Positions 48,302 to 53,584 of a stretch of DNA of 53,584 nt are shown here, piece after piece (the stretch's first letter is position 1; each line of letters begins with the position of its first letter). The DNA lies in the NCBI GenBank assembly GCA_043813605.1, contig JBDRKX010000130.1:1-53584 (forward strand), read 5' to 3'. The DNA is from Elusimicrobiota bacterium (GTDB lineage Bacteria; CG03; SLGR01; JBDRKX01). Made by a program: the position numbers and the translations under genes. The notes beneath the pieces were generated by a model. It worked only from the letters and a program-made list of their open reading frames with translations, made no database searches and was not told the DNA's origin.

Positions 48302-48307
48302 TTAAAT

Positions 48308-48907
48308 ATGGAAAACATTAAAAAATCAAAGTTGTCAGCAGTTATACTTGCAGCGGGTAAATCTTCCAGGATGAAGTTCCCCAAACCGCTGCTTGAAATA
48401 AAAGGAAAGAATATCACTAAGATGATCCTTGATAAGATATCAGCCGCCGGGATAAAGCAGGTGTATACGGTCCTGGGAGCAGAGGCCGAACGCATAAGCG
48501 GACAATTGAAGCTTGAGGGGATCAATACTATAATAAACAAAGAATGGGAGCATGGGCAGATAAGCTCGCTCAAAACTGCTATAAATGAAGTGGGGGACAC
48601 TGCCGCCGCGATGATGGTGTTTCTTATCGATCATCCGCAGGTAGAAATTTCTACAATAAGAAAGCTTATTAAGGAGTTTGAAGCCGGAGATTACGATATA
48701 GTAATACCTGAGTATATGGGTTCAGGAGGTCATCCTGTAATTTTCCGGGACAGTGTATTCTCTGATCTGATGGATGCTCCTGCAGAAGCGGGAGCAAGAG
48801 CTGTAGTTAAAAGCGGGAAACATACACTAAAAAGAGTTTGTGTGGAAGATGTTTTTGTGAAGCAGGATTTAGATACGCCGGAGGATCTCGCACTGATAGA
48901 TGTCTGA
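48308..48907 (+). CDS. mocA: Molybdenum cofactor cytidylyltransferase-like NTP transferase
   Basis: ILAAGKSSRM..PK.LL, GQISSL, DHP, GHPV, DLDTPED. Confidence 0.85.
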   Translation: MENIKKSKLSAVILAAGKSSRMKFPKPLLEIKGKNITKMILDKISAAGIKQVYTVLGAEAERISGQLKLEGINTIINKEWEHGQISSLKTAINEVGDTAAAMMVFLIDHPQVEISTIRKLIKEFEAGDYDIVIPEYMGSGGHPVIFRDSVFSDLMDAPAEAGARAVVKSGKHTLKRVCVEDVFVKQDLDTPEDLALIDV

Positions 48908-49700
48908 AAAAACAGTAGAAAAAAGAGTAGCTGAACTTGTGTCAGGTGATATGGATTTTGCTGTGGCTACCATAATATCGGCGAGCAAGGGTTCACCGAG
49001 AAAAAGCGGTACAAAGATGATAATTTTTCCGGATAGGAGAACAGAGTTTACGATCGGCGGCGGTAAATTCGAAGAATATACAATAAACCAGGCATTGGAA
49101 GCTTTATGCAGAGGGGAGAACAGAATATTCAAATCAGAGTTCAGGGAAGAGAAAGACGGTATGATTTGCGGTGGAGATGCGGAGGTGTTTATAGAAATCA
49201 ACAGATCCGTGGTAAAGATCATTATCTTCGGCGGGGGGCATATAGGACTGGCACTTGCCGGATTCTGCGATGTTCTCGGGTTATCGTATACTGTCATAGA
49301 TGACAGGAAAGAGTATGCCTCAGAGGAAAGATTTCCCCGTGCAGAAACAGTTAAAGTGCTCCCTTATGATGATGCTGCCGGGAAGTTACACATTACTGAA
49401 AACACATATTGCGTGATAGTAACACAGGGCCATAGCGGGGACGAAGCTGTATTGCGTGGCCTCATTCAGACCCCCGCGCCTTATATGGGTATGATAGGCT
49501 CGGTAAAAAAGACTGCTCATATACTCGGGAAAATAGCTCCGGGTATTAAAGATGCTGATCGCGACAGGATATACGCTCCGGTCGGACTCGATCTTGGCGG
49601 CCGGTCTCCGGCAGAGATAGCAGCAGCTGTTATTGCGGAGATATTGAAAGTGAGATACGGCAGTACGGGGAGATCCTTGAGAGAAAGACTTAATGATTAA
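48900..49700 (+). CDS. XdhC/CoxI family molybdoenzyme maturation factor
   Basis: GSPRK.G.KM, TIGGG, GMICGG, FGGGHIG, DDR, YMGMIGS..K, PVGL.LG..SP.EIA. Confidence 0.92.
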   Translation: MSEKTVEKRVAELVSGDMDFAVATIISASKGSPRKSGTKMIIFPDRRTEFTIGGGKFEEYTINQALEALCRGENRIFKSEFREEKDGMICGGDAEVFIEINRSVVKIIIFGGGHIGLALAGFCDVLGLSYTVIDDRKEYASEERFPRAETVKVLPYDDAAGKLHITENTYCVIVTQGHSGDEAVLRGLIQTPAPYMGMIGSVKKTAHILGKIAPGIKDADRDRIYAPVGLDLGGRSPAEIAAAVIAEILKVRYGSTGRSLRERLND

Positions 49701-52032
49701 GAAAGAGAAAATACTGGAGAGACCTGTCACCGGATTCTCCGGGATCAATAAATCGCCGCCCCGGCTGGATGCTGAGGATAAGGCAAGCGGCAGGGCGGTT
49801 TATGGCGATGACCTGGAGATGCCCGGTATGCTGTTTTCCCGCCAGGTATATTCAATCTACCCGCATGCCAGGCTGGTATCTATAGATACCTCGTCGGCTC
49901 TCAGGTGTCCGGGAGTGGTCACCGCGGTTACTTATAGAGACATACCAGGTGAACATTCCTATGGAAATGTAATAAAAGACCAGCGCCCTCTTGCAGACGA
50001 TAAAGTAAGGTTTATGGGTGATGTGGTATGTGTTGTAGCTGCGGAGTCCGAGCGTGCGGCAAGAAATGCTGCGGCACGGATCAAAGTCGAATATGAGCAG
50101 TTGCCGGGAGTTTTTGATCCGAGAGATGCAATGAAGAAGGATGCGCCTCTGCTTTATGAAGAAAAGGGAACAAATATCCAGATGCCGATACGTATCAGAA
50201 AAGGTGATACAGAAAAAGGATTTGCTGACTCTGATGTGATCATAGAAGGAAAATTCTCCACCCCTTTTGTAGAGCATTCATATTTAGAGCCTGAAAGTGC
50301 AATAGCGTTTATTGATAAAGGCGGGATTATGCGGTTGAGAGGGTCGTTCCAAAATCCTTTTACTGCCCGCCGGGCAATAGCGTCATTCCTTGGAATAGAG
50401 CTGAACAGGGTCAGGATACAGAAAACGGTTTTAGGAGGCACATTCGGAGGTAAAGATGAACAGATGTCTGCAATAGGATGCAGATTGGCCTTGCTTGCAT
50501 TGAAGACGGGCAGGCCTGTTAAAGCGACTTATTCAAGGGAAGATTCTTTTATTGAGAGCCATAAAAGGAATCCTTTCTACATGAAGTACCGGCTGGGTGC
50601 GACAACAGGCGGTATTATTACTGCTGTAGAATACGATATTGTAGCTGATTCAGGAGCGTATTGCTCCATGAGTCCGTTCGTTGTAAACAGGGGGATGGTA
50701 CAGGGCGCGGGTCCGTATAAAATACCTAATGTGAAAGCGGATGCAGTAAGTGTCTATACTAACAATCCTTATACGGGTGCGATGAGGGGATTCGGGTCGC
50801 CCCAGTCTCATTTTGCCATGGAGAGTATGATGGATATGCTTGCAGAAAAACTTGACATGGATCCGCTGGAGATAAGGCTTAAAAATATAATACACCGGGG
50901 AGATATAACTGCAACCGGGCACAAGATAACCCATGATGTCGGCCTTGAAGAAGCCCTTAGAACAGCTGCTGAAGCGATAGGCTGGAAGAAAAAAAGAGAA
51001 GACTATGCCGGTCAAGATAAAGAATCCCACCCGAAAGGTGTGGGGATAGCCTGTTGTCTGAGAGGTGTCTCCCTGGGAGCTGAAGGCGCTGACGCATCAA
51101 CAGCCTCGGTTGTTGTGCAGGCAGACGGCAGCGTTATAGTTTCAACGGGAATAACAGATCACGGACAGGGTTCACAGACTGTCCTTTCTCAGATAGTGGC
51201 GGAAGTTCTTTGTATATCTCTTGACAGGATCATATACATCGAACCCGATACTTCTCTTATTCCTGACGGGGGGCCTACAGTAGCCTCGCGGGGTACGATT
51301 ATGGGCGGCAATGCCGCTAAAAATGCAGCTGAAAAAATAGTTCACAGAATGAAAAGGGTGGCTGCTGAGATGCTTAAGACAGACTCTGAGCAGGTAACTG
51401 TCCGCGAGGGATTGTTCCTGGATTCACGCAACAGTGAAACCTGTGTCACTTTTGATGAGGTGGTTGCTGAATGCTCTCGGCAGGCGGTGCCCCTATTTGA
51501 ATATGGATGGTACTCGGCTCCCAAGATACACTGGGATGAAGAAAAAGGTTATGGCGCGCCTTATTTTACATATGTTTATTCCGTCAATGCCTGTGAAGTA
51601 ACAGTGGATACTGAAACAGGAAAAGTCAGTGTGGAAAACTTTGTGTCAGCACATGATATGGGGAGAGCCATTAATCCGATGCAGTGTTACGGCCAGATGT
51701 TCGGCGGTGCTGCCATGGGAATAGGATTTGCGCTTCTGGAAGAACTGGAGGTGTATGAAGGTAAAATAAAATCACTGAATTTCGATACCTATACGCTGCC
51801 AACTGCATGTGACCTGCCTGAATTGCAGGGATATATAGTTGAAAGGCCGGATCCAGACGGTCCGTATGGCGCAAAATCACTTGGCGAACCCGCTACAGAA
51901 GTCTCGGCACCGGCTGTGATCAATGCCGTAGCGCATGCAACCGGGAAAAGGATTTTAGATCTGCCGGCTTCTCTTGAGCGTGTGCTGCTTGGAAAAAAAT
52001 TGAGTAAATACGGACCAAAAGATGCTCGCTGA
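49693..52032 (+). CDS. xdhA: Xanthine dehydrogenase-family molybdopterin-binding subunit
   Basis: YPHARL, EHSYLEPE, GGTFGGK, AMRGFGSPQ, DHGQG, TVASRGT, GAKSLGEP. Substrate not determinable from sequence. Confidence 0.9.
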   Translation: MIKKEKILERPVTGFSGINKSPPRLDAEDKASGRAVYGDDLEMPGMLFSRQVYSIYPHARLVSIDTSSALRCPGVVTAVTYRDIPGEHSYGNVIKDQRPLADDKVRFMGDVVCVVAAESERAARNAAARIKVEYEQLPGVFDPRDAMKKDAPLLYEEKGTNIQMPIRIRKGDTEKGFADSDVIIEGKFSTPFVEHSYLEPESAIAFIDKGGIMRLRGSFQNPFTARRAIASFLGIELNRVRIQKTVLGGTFGGKDEQMSAIGCRLALLALKTGRPVKATYSREDSFIESHKRNPFYMKYRLGATTGGIITAVEYDIVADSGAYCSMSPFVVNRGMVQGAGPYKIPNVKADAVSVYTNNPYTGAMRGFGSPQSHFAMESMMDMLAEKLDMDPLEIRLKNIIHRGDITATGHKITHDVGLEEALRTAAEAIGWKKKREDYAGQDKESHPKGVGIACCLRGVSLGAEGADASTASVVVQADGSVIVSTGITDHGQGSQTVLSQIVAEVLCISLDRIIYIEPDTSLIPDGGPTVASRGTIMGGNAAKNAAEKIVHRMKRVAAEMLKTDSEQVTVREGLFLDSRNSETCVTFDEVVAECSRQAVPLFEYGWYSAPKIHWDEEKGYGAPYFTYVYSVNACEVTVDTETGKVSVENFVSAHDMGRAINPMQCYGQMFGGAAMGIGFALLEELEVYEGKIKSLNFDTYTLPTACDLPELQGYIVERPDPDGPYGAKSLGEPATEVSAPAVINAVAHATGKRILDLPASLERVLLGKKLSKYGPKDAR

Positions 52033-52879
52033 ATTCAATGTAACAAGAGTAAAAGATATTGAAGAAGCCGTTGCCCTTATGGCAAAAGGCGGTCATAAAG
52101 TGGTAGCAGGCGGTACGGATATTATCCCTTCGTTAAGGAACATGGAAAATGCCGGTACAGACCTGGTGGATATCACGGCTATTCCGGGACTCGATAATAT
52201 CACTGAAGAGAAAAATACTGTATATATAGGTCCCTTGGTTACGTTTACTGACATATTGCGTTCCGATATCATCAGGAAAAGGTGTCCCCTGCTGCAGAAG
52301 GCGCTCGAAAACGCCGGCAGTGTGCAGATAAGGAACAGGGCGACTGTCGGTGGCAATATTTGTAATGCATCTCCTGCAGCTGATTCAGTGCCGGCCCTGG
52401 TGGCGCTCGATGCTCGGCTGGAAATAACCGGTCCGAAAGGTTTTAGAGAGATCCCTGTTACATCATTTATTGCCGGTCCGAAAAGAACAAATATAGCTGA
52501 AGGGGAGATATTAACGCGTATAATTGTCCATTCAATGGAAAAAACAGAAGGATATTCTTTTCTTAAACTGGGTAGAAGAAAAGCGCTTGCCATATCAAGA
52601 ATGAATGTAGCTGTCGTAATCGCACTGGAAAACGGGAAGATAATTCGGGCAGCGATATCTCCCGGAAGTGTAATGCCTGCTCCTTGCCGGATAAAAAAAG
52701 CGGAGGACCTGCTTATAGATAAGGCCGTATCGGAAGAAATATTTGACGCAGCCGGAAGAGAAGTCGCCGGATTGATGCTGAAAAAAAGCGGTCGCAGATG
52801 GTCTTCTGAATACAAGATGCCGGTTATACAGGCAATGGTGAGAAGAGCTTTAATGGAGGCAGCCCGGATCGCAAAATGA
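52022..52879 (+). CDS. xdhB: Xanthine dehydrogenase-family FAD-binding subunit
   Basis: AGGTD, QIRNRATVGGNICNASPAAD, KLGRRKALAIS. Confidence 0.9.
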   Translation: MLAEFNVTRVKDIEEAVALMAKGGHKVVAGGTDIIPSLRNMENAGTDLVDITAIPGLDNITEEKNTVYIGPLVTFTDILRSDIIRKRCPLLQKALENAGSVQIRNRATVGGNICNASPAADSVPALVALDARLEITGPKGFREIPVTSFIAGPKRTNIAEGEILTRIIVHSMEKTEGYSFLKLGRRKALAISRMNVAVVIALENGKIIRAAISPGSVMPAPCRIKKAEDLLIDKAVSEEIFDAAGREVAGLMLKKSGRRWSSEYKMPVIQAMVRRALMEAARIAK

Positions 52880-53370
52880 AGAAAATGACTTTGAGACTTC
52901 ATATTAACGGGGAAAGTATTACCAGAGAATGCGAACCGGCGCTGACACTGCTCGATTTTATCAGGGATGTTGTGGGTTTAAAAGGCACAAAAAGAGGTTG
53001 TGAAATAGGGGAATGCGGTGCATGTACTGTTATTATGGACGGTGAAGCGGTAAATGCGTGTATGGTACTCGCTGCTCAGGCCGCAGATGCTCATATTACC
53101 ACTATTGAAGGCCTTTCGTCTTCCGGAAAACTTCATTCGATACAGCAGGCTTTTGTCGAAAAAGGCGCCATACAATGCGGGTTCTGCACTCCCGGCATGA
53201 TACTTTCCGCAAAGGCTTTACTGGACAGGGTTTCATCGCCGACAAGGGAAGAGATAAGAAGGGCACTAGCGGGTAACCTGTGCAGGTGTACCGGGTATGT
53301 CCAGATAATCGATGCTATAGAACATGCGGCAGATATGCTCAGAAGACAGGACCCTCCCACCGGTAAATAA
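52876..53370 (+). CDS. xdhC: Xanthine dehydrogenase-family 2x[2Fe-2S] subunit
   Basis: GTKRGCEIGECGACTV, QCGFCTPG, GNLCRCTGY. Confidence 0.93.
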   Translation: MKKMTLRLHINGESITRECEPALTLLDFIRDVVGLKGTKRGCEIGECGACTVIMDGEAVNACMVLAAQAADAHITTIEGLSSSGKLHSIQQAFVEKGAIQCGFCTPGMILSAKALLDRVSSPTREEIRRALAGNLCRCTGYVQIIDAIEHAADMLRRQDPPTGK

Positions 53371-53584
53371 TCCCATTTATTGCAATAAAAGATGGAATTC
53401 GACGAAAAATATGCCATATTCTACGTCGCAAAAAAGCTCGGCAATACTTAGGGCCTCTGGAAAAAAGCAAAAGGTATAGAATAATAGACGACAAAAAAGT
53501 ATAATATTGACATGTAGATAAGGAATAAGTGCAAGGAAAGCGCAAGGTACCCCCAAAAAACCTTGCATTTAGGAATCACAGGAG

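Noticed and set aside
41655-53370. Selenocysteine (UGA) recoding in the selenium locus
   Set aside because: All ORFs are full length without internal TGA, and SelD has TGT at the catalytic position.
49693-53370. Aerobic CO dehydrogenase (CoxLMS)
   Set aside because: The large subunit has AMRGFG rather than the AYxCSFR CODH signature.
1-53584. CRISPR array, tRNA, rRNA or prophage
   Set aside because: No regularly spaced repeats, RNA-gene signatures or phage genes were recognised by eye. A tRNAscan/Rfam run would be needed to exclude small RNAs.
53371-53584. Short minus-strand ORFs at the window end
   Set aside because: No motifs. The region looks like an AT-rich intergenic promoter zone ending in an RBS-like AGGAG for a gene beyond the window.

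Overview
Bacterial chromosomal window, moderately AT-rich, probably from an anaerobe. No rRNA, tRNA or CRISPR array was seen. (1) 1-1.9 kb: a nest of IS remnants (IS4-family transposase 3' end, truncated IS481-like transposase) around a radical SAM/SPASM gene. (2) 2-29 kb: housekeeping genes hisS, aspS (one-base frameshift), a LysM lipoprotein, phoH-7TM/HD-ybeY-dgkA/PAP2-two CNNM/CBS genes-mgtE-recO-glyQS-yggU, ppdK, nth, an APC permease-EIIA fusion, DUF2148, PBP1A, tyrS, HIT, Mth938 and fba. Several carry unusual insertions or motif changes. (3) 29.2-41.6 kb: a tightly packed 10-gene signalling cluster with GAF/HD-GYP, three stand-alone receivers, two paralogous Cache-HAMP-PAS kinases, a third membrane kinase, two exported LysM-FecR proteins, a stand-alone TM-HAMP protein and an exported ComEC-like MBL protein lacking its metal ligands. 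It has no sigma factor or DNA-binding regulator, and it is the best candidate for an undescribed system. (4) 41.7-53.4 kb: a divergent selenium-dependent molybdenum hydroxylase locus (YHS-DUF2892, yqeB, selD, ygfM, xdhD, yqeC on the minus strand; mocA, xdhC-like, xdhA/B/C on the plus strand). All calls come from motif recognition by eye, and no database search was run.
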